A stretch of 64,000 bases of DNA from the human T2T-CHM13v2.0 reference genome, Homo sapiens. A program made the translations under genes and the position numbers. The notes under the pieces were generated by a model. It saw only the letters and a program-made list of their open reading frames with translations, searched no databases and was not told the DNA's origin. Each line of letters begins with the position of its first letter. Position 1 is the first letter of the stretch. The DNA lies in NCBI RefSeq assembly GCF_009914755.1, contig NC_060944.1; one strand, written 5' to 3'. This document shows, one piece after another, positions 24,101 to 36,926 of this stretch.

Positions 24101-24980
24101 GATACTTAAACAGCAGGAATCAGCAGAAGGAGATGGAAAAAGTTTTTCTCGGCAGATCTTTGGACGGAAGCCACGTTAGGTGTTCTAGAACCATGGCGAG
24201 CCTAACAGCATGGCATGTACCCTGAGCAAAAGGCTCCTCACCATTTGTGTGTATTCTGCAGTCTTTATGAGTACTCTGAGCTTTCTTTTTAAATTGCCTT
24301 AAAAATTTACTTTGCACGATGCTGGAATGGAATGTTCTGATCTCAAATATGGGGCGAGTTTAATCTCAGTTATTTGGGAGCAGACTAATTGGTTTGTGGA
24401 TCATTCAGGCATCCAGCCTGTCTTTTTCCTTTTTTTTTTTTTTTGTAACTAAAAATTAAATTAAAAAGGGAAACAAAGCACACTGCGTATTTCCTGGCAT
24501 AACATGGTATATGGTAGACTCACAATGAGCAACAGTGGCACAGAAATGGTGGAGGAAATGAAACAGAACTGGAGTCACTGTGACCTGTCATTCTATGGGA
24601 CCACTTAGGGATTTTGTGTTCAAAGTTTAAAACAGAAACAGAGTGAAAACTGTGAGACCTGATATTTTTGTTTGTCAGTACAGATTTTAGTTCATACATG
24701 AGGCGCTTAACAGAATTTGAATAACATTTTTGTAAAATTGAAATTTGTCCTTTATTAATTGTTTGCTTTAAAACTTAAAAAACTAGGAAAATCACTAATA
24801 TTGATTATGACATGATGATTTCTGAAAGTCATTGTGTTGTACAGAGGTGAGGGGTGCTACAAGGTTCACCCTGGGCACAAAGATGCCAGGATTGCTGCAG
24901 GCAACCCCACTCGAGGACACCCGTCTGCCCTTGGGGGAGGCTCATCGATTGACCATCTGTCCTGCATTGAGAGGGATAGA

Positions 24981-25257
24981 GGCTGGGGGCAGTGGCTCTT
25001 GCCTATAATCCCAACAATTTGGGAGGCCAAAGTGAGTGGATCACTTGAGCCCAGGAGTTCGAGACCTCATCTCTACTTAAAAAAAAAGAGAAAAGATGAG
25101 TGGAGTGTGGTGGTGTGTGCCTGTAGTCCTAGCTACTCGGAGGACTGAGGTGGGAGGAGGATTGCTTGAACCAGGAAGGCAGAGGTTGTAGTGATCAAGC
25201 CACTGCACTCCAGCCTGGAAGATGGAGCCAGGCCCTGTCTCAAAAAAAAAAAAAAAG
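24981..25257 (+). mobile_element. AluJ, diverged, with internal deletion
   Basis: ggatcacttgagcccaggagttcgagacc (J diagnostic); poly(A) at ~25242-25256. Confidence 0.88.
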
Positions 25258-25269
25258 AGAGAGAGAAAG

Positions 25270-25710
25270 GCTGGAACCTGTCTGCACTGGGTTACAATCC
25301 CACTCTGTGACTTACAGCTGTGTGACTAAGGTCACGTCTGAGCCACTCTGTCCACTGTTATATGGTACAGCTATCTGTGACTCCACACCCTCAGCTGTCT
25401 CCGACTCTCACAGGGCTTTGTGAGGGCTAAGAGAGTGCATACCTAAAAGAAGCTCAGAAAAGCACCTGGCAGGAACAGTGAATTCCTATCACACCAGGAC
25501 ACGGTGGCCTGAGACCACCCTGACTCTACTCCCGCAACTGGAACTGGGGCCTCAGCCAGTTGCTGGCTTTGGGATTGGGACCAACACTTTCACTTCTTGG
25601 GGCCTTGGTTTCTTAGTTTACAAAACAGGGAGGATAAGAGTCATGATGCCGCTGTCCTGTCAGTGGGATTAAATTAAAAGAGGTCCTAGTGGTAAGTGCT
25701 TCCTGCAGGG
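25270..25710. mobile_element. Two MIR fragments
   Basis: gggttacaatcccactctgtgacttacagctgtgtgact; ggccttggtttcttagtttacaaaacagggaggataa. Confidence 0.55.
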
Positions 25711-26764
25711 GCTGACACGTGGCCGACATCAGTGGACAACAGTCATGTCAATCTGATTGCAATGAGCAGAGACAGAGCCCACACCCCCAGGGCCCATCCC
25801 TGCCAAGGCAAAAATGAAAAGGAGTAAAACCTCCCTTATGTTTGCTGGAGACACGGAGCTTGTATTTTTCAAAAACTTCCCTGGCTTTAGAGTGTTTGTT
25901 TGGATCCTAGGCTGGGTAAACATTCTTCTTAGAGTGTTATTGATTTTTCCACATTTAGTAAATAGTCTTCTGACATAATTAATCATGTACCATATTTATA
26001 GAAAACTTGGCTGGGCTGAATGTTGTTTTTGAGGTTAACTTGTGCTCACCTCTTGACACTGGCCGTGATAAGCAAAGGCTACTCACCAGCCTTTGGAAAG
26101 AGATAAATCATGGAGGGAAACAGAGTTTTCAGCAGGATCGGGTTCACACATTTGATCTCCAGGGACAGCTCTGAGCATGAAATACAAGTCTCTAAATTAT
26201 GCTCACACAGCTGGTGTGGATGATTTCAGGTTCCATTTGACATTAACAGCATCCTCAGTGATTCCAGTAAGTTGTCGTAACAATTTAGCCATATTTAGAC
26301 AATATAATTTGATAGAAATAAAAATGATCTATTTAGCCTAACTTGTCAAGATCTAATTCTTCAGAAAAATGAGAACAATGACATCACAGTTGTTTGAAAA
26401 GAAGTCATTTAATTTGAATAGATAAGCCTGCTTTTCCGGGAAAATTTAATTTCCTTTGGGAAGCTGACTGGGGAATTCTGAAGATTCCTGAGGAGTATAG
26501 ACTACAACTGGAAAGGAAGACCTCACAAGCACTGGTTGAGAACCCTCCAGTGCTAGGTGTATTTAGGTCCACACCCAGGAACCCTTGGGATGAGGGTTTG
26601 CAACCAGGGAGACTGTCCAGGAGCAGGAGGAAGCGCTGGGTCTCAGCCCAGTCTCCCAAGGCCAGGACTGCTGCCTTTGCCTTGCCGCATCTCAGTGGGC
26701 ATCCCCAAGCTCCACTGACTTAGCACAAGATGGGAATAATAGTCCCTATCTTCTGTAGTTTCAA

Positions 26765-26920
26765 CCACTAGTCAAAATGTGCCACTTACTAGCCACGTGC
26801 CCCTGGGCAAACACCGTTCCTCTCTGGGCTTCAGTTTCCTTACATGTAAATGGTGTCACATCCACAGAGGCATGAGGATTAAATGAGATGACTCAGTAAA
26901 GCGCTTGGCATAGTAGGTGG
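26765..26920. mobile_element. MIR
   Basis: gccacttactagccacgtgcccctgggcaa...ctctctgggcttcagtttccttacatgtaaatgg...gaggattaaatgagat. Confidence 0.75.
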
Positions 26921-29320
26921 TAAGTCTGTGGTTCCACGATTAGTGGTATGAATACAATCTCACATTTACTGAATAACAGTTCTAATGATTATGGTTATTA
27001 TTTTTGCCCTAGGTGATTCTCTGGCAGGGAAGTCACCAGGAACCCTCCAGAAGGAAGAAATGTCTAGCATGTCCTAGGTCCCCGCACCCTTGCAAAGACC
27101 CAGAGATGAAGCAATGCTGGATAGACCCCACCTGCACACAGAGAAGAAAGGCTGCTGGAGAGACATCATCAGAGGAGAGAGACAGTGGCTCTAATCCAAG
27201 AATCCAGGCAACATGTGTAGGGCTCAGGGTGGCATGTGTGTGTTTTCATGCCCAGCACCAGGACCTGAGCACTGAGAGCTTTCCCTACCTGCCATGGGAT
27301 CCTGGTATCAAGGTGTTGCCCGAAGGTTTCAGCACCATGTGGTCAATTGTCCATGCATCTTTATGCCAATCTATCATCCCCGCTGCTGGGTCCCAGAGCC
27401 ATTCAAGTTGGTCTGAGGCATTCAGGGCTTGCCATCTCCCAGTGGGCACAAGGCAGCTCCCCTGCAAGAACACTTCCCAGCTTTGATGACCTAACCCTCC
27501 TTGCTGGGGTGCAGATAAAGGACACGGCAGGTGCACTACCTCTGTAACCCTCACTCAAATATGCCAGTCTGTGGGCTCATATGCCTTGACCTCCAAAGCA
27601 CAGACATGCCAGCTGGGCATAAGCTGGGACCCCTTTGGAGGGGAGCCAGAAGCATTCAGAGCCATCAGCAAAGCAGAGTCTGCCTCTCTGCAGGGAGCTG
27701 TCTGTGGAGCTCCCTGTGTGCCCTGATGGTAGGATTCAATCGCTCCACAGAAACCTGGAATTCTCCCTGTTGTCCTGAACTGTGAGAAGCCAAGTCCTGT
27801 GTTTTAGATACAATACCATCTGAATTCTGCTCTCACTGCTGGCCCATGTTCTGTGGCTTCAGCCGAGTAATTCAACTCTCCAGGGCTCTTTGTCATCCAT
27901 CTGTGAGAGCCAGTCTGGGCAGAGAAGGAGAGGAGCAGGGCAAGCTGAGAATGCAGCCCATGATGCCGCCCCGATTATGGTGTTTCCTCACTGGACACGT
28001 GGATGAAGCGTGCTCGGGTTTTGACATCTCATAAAGAATGAGCTGACAGAATTGGGTTTGATTCAGTCATTTTGAAAATAAGCGAAGTTGCTTTTTGATA
28101 TCCTTTTTGTCGAAAATGACAAATAGCTTGCCTTTGTGTATACCTGCCTCGTTTCTCAGTCCGGATATATCTGTTTCTTAGGAAGTGGGGGGACCAGCAG
28201 GAGGGGAGGAACATGGCTGTCTCATGGCCCCAGCAGCCAGAGAAAGCCCCCAGGTAGGTGCTGGCTGTGACATCAGGTCCCCGTGCACTAAAATAGTGGG
28301 GAGCAAGGAGCATGGGTAGGGCACATGCCCAGTCTGCCCCTGGTGAAATGACAGAGAAGAGCCCTTCCTAGTTAGGCATTCAAATCACGACTGGATCCCC
28401 CAATACACAAAGGCGTGGTTGATGTTTCCATGCCAGATCCTAGCACGGAAAGCTGTTCACCCAATAAGCGTCCACCCACGCCCCCACTTCTGGCCTGTTC
28501 CACTGATGAAGGTGCCCGTATATGTATCTGTCTGCCCATAGTGGGGTTTCTTTGCCTGCTTTTATTTTACCAGTGGCTACATTTCATCATCCAGCTTCAT
28601 TTCCCATAGAAGTTCTGAATGTTGTCTGGTTTTCCTCGAAACTATGAATCACACTGTGCACGCCCTACCTCTCTCTAGCATTGTAAGAAAAGCACTCCTC
28701 TGTGCAGGACACAATCCTGTCTACTGCCCCTGAGAGCCCTGGTTCATCTCGTCCCTCCATTCCAGTTCCTTCTAGAAGGTAAAAGTTGGAAAGTGACCTG
28801 AGCCCAGTGCGGGACAATATGGCAGTGCTCTTCAAGGCCTCCGCTGGAACATCTTGTGTCTCCCAAGCTGGATGCTGTGCCTGGTCATTGGAGAAAGTAA
28901 AGGCAAAGCCTCAGGACAGCTTCCAGACACCAGTCTCTTCATCGGGACGAGGTCAGCTGCTGGCTCCCAGGTTGGGTCCAGCTCTTCATCATTTACTATT
29001 AGACCCACACAGTGTTTTAAATATTTCAGTGAATTGTGCATATTTAAGAAATGTGAGATTTTACAGAAAGATTTGCATTTCTGGCTTTTCTAAAAAAAAA
29101 AAAAAAATCAAAGTGTCTTGCAATGCTGGCAACCAGCCCAACGTGGCAATCAGTGCCTGCATTAGCTTCCTCCTTAGTGCCGCCAGGCTGGCTCCTGCAG
29201 CCCTGGGAGCCTCAACATCACTAAATACCTATAACACAATAGCCTATGCATCTTCTATCGAAAGTCATGACAGTTCTTCAAATGAAAGTTAGCTGGGAAC
29301 TATCCAGGATTCTCCCTATA

Positions 29321-29540
29321 CCAAGCTTGTCCAACCTACAGCTCAAGGGCCCATGAGGCCCAGGATGGCTTTGAATGCAGTCCAACACAAATTCATAAAC
29401 TTTCTCAAAACACTATGAGATTTTTTTGGTGATTTTTTTTTTAGCTCATCACTATCGTTAGTGTTAGTGTATTTTATGTGTGGCCCAAGATAATTCTTCT
29501 TCCAGTGTGACCCAGGGAAGCCAAAATATTGGACATCTCT
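29321..29540 (+). mobile_element. MER30 (hAT-Charlie)
   Basis: ttgtccaacc...ggcccaggatggctttgaatgc...ttttatgtgtggcccaagataattcttcttccagtgtg...ccagggaagccaaaatattggaca. Confidence 0.85.
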
Positions 29541-32170
29541 CCTCTTTATAAAGCAGGGAGGGTCCTTCTAATTGTAACATCTTATGAATTCTTGAAGACT
29601 CTACAACTGTTACTCTCCCTTATTCTTCTTAAGACCAGCTCCACTGTGCACCTGATGCTAGTAAGCGTTGGGACGTGCTGGGAGACTCCCCTATTCAGGG
29701 GACAACCCTGACAGATCTGAGCAATGATGACATTTCTGTCCCCAGCTGACACCTGGCTCAGGAGGGACCTGGCTCAGGAGGGACACAGACTGGCCCATGT
29801 GGCATAAGGGAAAGTTCCATATGCTTCTGGGAAAGTCCCCCTTGCTCTTAAACAGAGACTGGAGAAATGGCCAGCCTGTCCTCTGAGTGATCTTCTGAGG
29901 GCTGGTGTGCAAAGCTGCTGTGGTCAGGACAAGCTGGCTCAGAAAGGTGGCAAAAAGAGGGCAGGAGCTCGGGTCCCCAAAAGCCTCCTGGAACTGTGGG
30001 ATTCACCAAACCTGAAATGATCCCACCTGAGACTTCTTATATGAAATTATTCTCATTCTTAATTGTTTGAGCAGTTATACTTTGGTTGTTACTTGCAGCC
30101 AAAAGCATTTTCTCCAGACTTCTGAGTCCTAAAAATTTCATTCTTTGACACAAGAGCTGACCCAGAGGCCCTGAAGCCCCTCTCAGGCCTGCAGAGCTTT
30201 GGTCTGTTTGCTGAATCAGATTCATATCTACACAACAGTTCTAGGGCCAAATTCTGCTCTCCCACACTCCCACCCACTCATATTGGAAGACAGAAGAGTC
30301 TTCTAGCTGAACTGTTTCTGGTGAAAGAGTAGCCTTCCTTCGCGGGCACTGACACTGAGGGAAGCAGCTCAGTGGCTACTTCCACCTGCAGATATTCCAG
30401 GTGGTGGCTCAGAACAGCTGACAACCATACCTGGGGAAGACTGGCCTTTATTTTTCTGGTTGTTCATACTCCAACAGCTAGCACCGTATGTTGGGGTCCA
30501 ATGAAGCGAGCAGCAGTAGATGGCATGGCCAGGGCAAGGCAGACACGCTGGAGCAGTCGGGAAACCTGGCATCTACACCCATGCACTGGCACCCTCACCT
30601 TCCTGTTTCCCGTGGGAACAAAGTGGGCGGCAAATGCAGGGTGAGATACTGGGTCACTTCAGGCTCCAACTTGCAGAAGCTGTTTCAGACCCACAACGGG
30701 AGCAGGCTGCATCTTTTGCCTACTCAGGATAAAACGTGACACTGCTGCGTCATACAGAGATAGTTCTGCATGGTTTCCTAAGAAAGGCAAAGCCAGAATG
30801 CCCGGGGACTACCAGCATTTTACCTGAGTAATTACCATGTGAGCATGTTATCTTCAGGAACAATTTTGCTGTGCTTTAATAATTTATCTCTGAGCTAAAA
30901 AATTATAATTGAAAATGATAAGCACTTTCACGAGTTGGGTTGCCACACTGCAAAACCAATTTATTGCACAGAAGATTATAAAACACATTTCCATTCAACT
31001 CAGTCTCAAGTGATGGGCAGGTTGGAGGGGCTACAGAACCACAGTAGTATTAGGAAACTGCACAACTCGTATACCAAATAAAAGCATCAAGGATATGGGG
31101 GCAGCTGGAAAGCAGCCCTGCTCTGGTTGAGGGTTACTGTCGACATCTCCCTGTAATACAGCAACCTGATTCCTAAAGAAACAGATACAGTAGGCACTTC
31201 ACTCAAACTAATGCTCTCCTCAGCCCAGGGCAGGGGAGCTCAGCCACAGGCCAGGTCCAGCCTCAGCTTTGCCAGATCCTTGCACGGGTCATGGAGGAGG
31301 CTCCTGGACCCGTGCAAGGATCTGGCAAAGCTGAGGTCCAGGCCAGCACAGCCCAGTTCTCTCCTCCTGCTGCAGCCAGGCTCTCAGCACGTGCATTCAC
31401 CCCCACTGCTTTCCATCTGCCCACTTCTTCATTCATGGCTGTCCTTTCTGCCTCTCTGGTGTCCTGGGGCTGCTTTCACGTCGGCCTCCTCTGACCTCTG
31501 CAGGCCAACCACATGGGCCCCATCAGTCCTCTGCTCCCTGACCCTCAGGCATCCCTCCTGGAAGTGTCCAGTGTGTGGGCACCAGGTGGTCCACATTCCC
31601 TGGGCCTCTTCCCTGCTCTGGCCTCCACAGGGTTCCCTCCTGGGCCCTGTCTCTCTCCTGCCCAACTCACCGCTGCTCGGTTGCATCCACTCCCCACATG
31701 TCTCCTACTGCCCCATCTCGCGGCCTCACAGATGTGCCTGTCCACATCAGGCCTGTCCTTTCATCTCCCAATCAGAGCACCCAGCTGTCCACTATTTCCC
31801 AGAACATCTCAGAGTCACCAAGACCCAAACTACTCTCACTTCCTCCCCCAGTCCACCATCCGTCCAGTGATCCACGACGTGCAGGCGGCATCCTTCCTCC
31901 CACCTTCCCAGCCTCTAGGGATGATCTGGCTCCATGCCCTGGGCCAGTCCTCTTTTTCCCCGCCCATGCCCCACCTCCACCGCCTCTCACATGGGTGGGC
32001 ACAGCACTGGTGTCCTGACCAGCCCCTGGCTCCAGCCTCATCCCCTATGCTCCATGCTGTAAGGTGAGATCATGTTGAAATAGAAGCCTGATCATTTGTT
32101 TTCCCATAAGCACACACACCACAGTGAAATGCTGCTGGGGCTTGCCATTGATCATAGGATAAAAATCAGA

Positions 32171-32822
<652 letters not shown>

Positions 32823-33309
32823 GATCCTTCCTATTTTCATGTCCACATTCCCCAGCCACAGTTCTGTGGGCCACCCAGTCCTTCCACAAGGCCAATACAC
32901 ACACACGCACACACGTGTGTGAACATGCATGCAGACTGAGTGACTGATGAACTCTTTTAACTGCATTAGGCCTTGGGGAGCTTTGCCCATCTCCCCACTG
33001 TAGATTCAGCCTCCTGGTTACATGCTCTCACTGCAAACCTCTCAACCTTGCTCCTCTTCCTCCCAGAACTGAGCATAGTGGTAACTTTGTATATGTGAAA
33101 TTGATCTCCCAACAGTAAACTGTGAGACAGTCAGAGCTGGAAACTCATCCCTCTTGTCTATTGCTGGCTCCCTAGTGCCTGCTATAGGGAGCAAGTGATC
33201 AGTAACTACTTGATCCCAGCCATACATGGGAATCACCTGGGGTGGGGGACAAACCATAGTACCAAGCCCCATTCTGGACCAACTATATCAGACTTGCTGT
33301 GAGTGAGGC

Positions 33310-33312
33310 GCA

Positions 33313-33347
<35 letters not shown>
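33310..33347. repeat. (CA)n microsatellite inside a MER5-like fragment
   Basis: Direct reading; flanks gaatcacctgggg...aactatatcaga...aggtgattct...ctgagaagcactg. Confidence 0.9.
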
Positions 33348-33350
<3 letters not shown>

Positions 33351-34276
33351 ATTCTTACACCAGCTCTGAGAAGCACTGAGGTTGGGAAGTGAGAGGTGGA
33401 GAGCTTGCTAGCATGAATATTGATGTCACAGCGTGAATCTTCACTGTTCCTTGTTCCTTTCCCCAAGGCCAAATAGAAGAGTCCCAGATGTTCTAACTAG
33501 CTTTATTTCCCCAAGTGTCAGCATTTGGCCAGCATGCCTGAAGATCTAGAAACTGCAGCTTCTCTGCCACATACAGCCAATGCTTCACCACCCGCCTTGT
33601 GCAGGGAGAGCAAGCCTCAGCTTTGCCTGTACACTGTGCTGTGCACACCAGATCCCCAGCATAGGACAGTAACAGCACAGGCACTGCAGGGGACTTCAGG
33701 GAGGCCTGAATGGCCCTGGACCCCCAGCCCAGACTTCTGTGCAGAAGAGTTAAGAGTTATTGAGTGACTGCAACCTAAAGGATATTTCTTCTTTAGGTCA
33801 TTTAACTACACTACCAGCTTCTTGAAGCCAGGGGCTGCGTCTCGTGGACCTTATTGTCTGCTCAGCAATAACACAGGGCCTGGTGCTTTCTGACGAATCC
33901 ACACACATGCACTGAGTGGAGCTGCGCTCACGGATGAGCACAGCTGCATCTTTCACGGAGGCTGCTTTCCTGTCAGCTTGCATTTCCCTGGATCTCTGTG
34001 TACTGTGGAGTACAGGGCCTTGGGCTGAGCCCAAAGCATTCTGAGCAAAGCATGCATGTATGGGCATGTATGGGAACTAGGAGTTCTAAATGCTTTCCCT
34101 TACCCTGTCCCCTTAATCCTCTTACCAACCTGCAAGACAGGTCCTTCCACAGTTTCATGTGAGATGAGTAACGGCAGTTTTCTCAGCTGTTAGGCAAGCT
34201 GATGCCTTGCCAAGCTCAAACCTGGAAGACTGATGTTGAAGAAGCAAGGAGGGTTGAAAGAGCCATGAGTGAACAA

Positions 34277-34476
34277 GGAGCCAGGAGTGATGGGGAGCCA
34301 GTAGTGATGGGGGAGCCAGAAGTGATGGGGGAGGAGCCAGGAGTGATGGGGGAGGAGCCAGGAGTGTTGGGGGAACCAGGAGTGATGAGGGAGGAGCCAG
34401 GAGTGATGGGGAGCCAGTAGTGATGGGGGAGCTAGGAGTGATGAGGGAGGAGCCAGGAGTGATGGAGGAGCTAGGA
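34277..34476 (+). repeat. G-rich minisatellite, 17-21-bp unit ggagccaggagtgatgg(ggga), ~10.5 copies
   Basis: Direct reading; translates as EPGVMGE repeats in ORF 34202-34420. Confidence 0.92.
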
Positions 34477-34654
34477 CCCTAACTTATACCTGGAGTAGAA
34501 AGAGTAGGGACATGAGGAGGAGCATCCACTGAAGGAGTTTATGTTCCTTTTTGACCTGATGTGCCTCCAGAAATGGAGCCTGACAGAAACGGGAATCTGC
34601 AGCCAAAGTCCTTTGCCCTCTCTTGGTCAGGCTTTGCTGTATTAATTCCATGTT

Positions 34655-35215
34655 CATGCAAACATCTGTGCATGAGTGTCTATGACAACTGTATTCACAA
34701 TAGCCAAAACCTAGAAGCAACCCAATTATCCTTCCACAGGTAAATGGTTGAAAGTGGCTCATCCATACTCTGAAATACTACTCAGTAATACAAAGTAATA
34801 GATTGATCCACACATCTACCTGGATGCGTCTCCAGAGAATTATGCTGAGTGGGGCAGCCATAACCAGAGGTTCATGTTGTATGCTTCCATTTATGCAATA
34901 ATCTTAAAATGATATTCTATCAATTCTTTCAATGGAGAACAGACTAATGGTTGTCAGGGGTTAAGGTGGGGTGGAGTCAGGGGGCAAGTGAGTGTGGTTA
35001 AAAAAGGACAGCAGGAGTCATCTTCATGGTGACAGACATGTGCCGTGCTCTGCGACAGGGTCAGTCTCCTAGTGGTGATAGTGTTCCATAGCTTTACAAG
35101 GTACTATCACAGGTAAAACTGGGTAAAGGGTACATGGAATCTTTCTGTATTATTTCTCATAAGTTGTATGTGAATCTGCAAATATCTCAAAATAAAATGT
35201 TTTATTAAAAAAAAA
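34655..35215 (+). mobile_element. Old L1 (L1MD/MC-like) 3' end with A tail
   Basis: tattcacaatagccaaaacctagaagcaaccc...gggtacatggaatctttctgtattatttct...aatatctcaaaataaaatgtt. Confidence 0.8.
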
Positions 35216-35664
35216 CAGGAGAGATTCTCAGGGCAGAAGTTTACTTATACATTGCATAAGAACTAGATGCAAGTGGCTTTGTCACCTGTTCGCTGCAGGG
35301 AAGTCACACCCGTCCAAAGGGCCACCAGCATCCACCTGGATCTCATGAACCAAAGGCCAGTGCTCATTGCCCAGCCCCGCAAAGCTGAGGTGTTCAGTGG
35401 GGCCAGAGCTGCAGGCCCTGGGAGGGGTGGGGACAAGCTTTGTGCCAAGAAGGTGCAGGAAGCCATCCAGCAGGGCTTTGATGGTGCAGTGGGCACTATA
35501 GCCTCTACCATCCTAAGAAGATGCTGGAACTGTCAACACAATAGCCAGTCCTCTGCAGGCGCTGTCTCCAGAAAGTTCTGTTAAAATGTAACACACTACA
35601 GAAGCAAAGGAACACCATTACCATCATAACATCAGGGATCTGCAGCACTTCCTGTAACAGCCTA

Positions 35665-35852
35665 TACACTAAATATTCTCAGCTTGGCAGGCCACTGGTC
35701 TCTGTTGCAACTATTTAAGTCCATCTTTGAGGCTTAAAAGCAGCCATAGACAATATGTACAGCAATGGGCATGGCTGTGTTCCAATAAGACCTTCTTTAC
35801 AGAAACAGGCCGCAGGCTGGTTTGGTCCACATGCTGCAGTTTGCCCACCCCT
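35665..35852 (+). mobile_element. MER58A (hAT-Charlie)
   Basis: ggtctctgttgcaacta...aaagcagccatagacaatatgta...atgggcatggctgtgttccaataa...gtttgcccaccc. Confidence 0.8.
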
Positions 35853-36472
35853 CCCATTATTTTATATGATGTTTTTGTAGTTTGCGGGGCTTGTTGGCCC
35901 CAGCCACCACTGAGGGTGCATGGATACCTCTTAGCAGGTTCAGAGGTGGACCTCTCTAACTGAAGGGAAGCATGGGGCAGCTGAGGGCCGGATAAGAGCC
36001 TGGGGTTCTGGGAAGGGTGCTGAAGACCAGCTTGGATACCCACACTGGCCCTGTCAGGGGTCCTTAGAGCCAGATGGGAATAAGCTAAAAATGGGGTGAG
36101 ATGTTTTAGCCCTCAGTATTGATGTCAACGGTGAAGGTGTCTGGGTCTTTCTCCCCCTCATGCCAGCTAAGGGTATGTTAATTCACCCTGAATCTGCCCA
36201 GGTCAATGTTCAAGACTGTGCACCAGGAAAGGAAAACACTTCATGGAGCAAGAAACCCAGGGCTGGCCTAGCTATGGCCCTAACAGAGCACTCACTCCTG
36301 CCCAGTGTTGCTGGAAAATCAGGGGCCGATTGAAAGCGCCTTCCCTGGGTTGTGTGACAGTGAGCTCTCACCACTAGACAATGGGATCTTTATCTGCCTT
36401 AGGGATTTTAGTAAAGGTGATCTTTCACAGTCTTGCCTTAAGGCAAAATCGAGCCATTGTTCTCATGCCTTA

Positions 36473-36926
<454 letters not shown>

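Noticed and set aside
29751-29784. Perfect 16-bp tandem duplication acctggctcaggaggg
   Set aside because: Ordinary slippage duplication with no further structure.
34202-34420. EPGVMGE repeat peptide, collagen-like look
   Set aside because: Translation of the minisatellite; unit lengths are not consistently multiples of 3.
34277-34476. Repeat array considered as CRISPR-like
   Set aside because: Head-to-tail degenerate units with no unique spacers, in human DNA.
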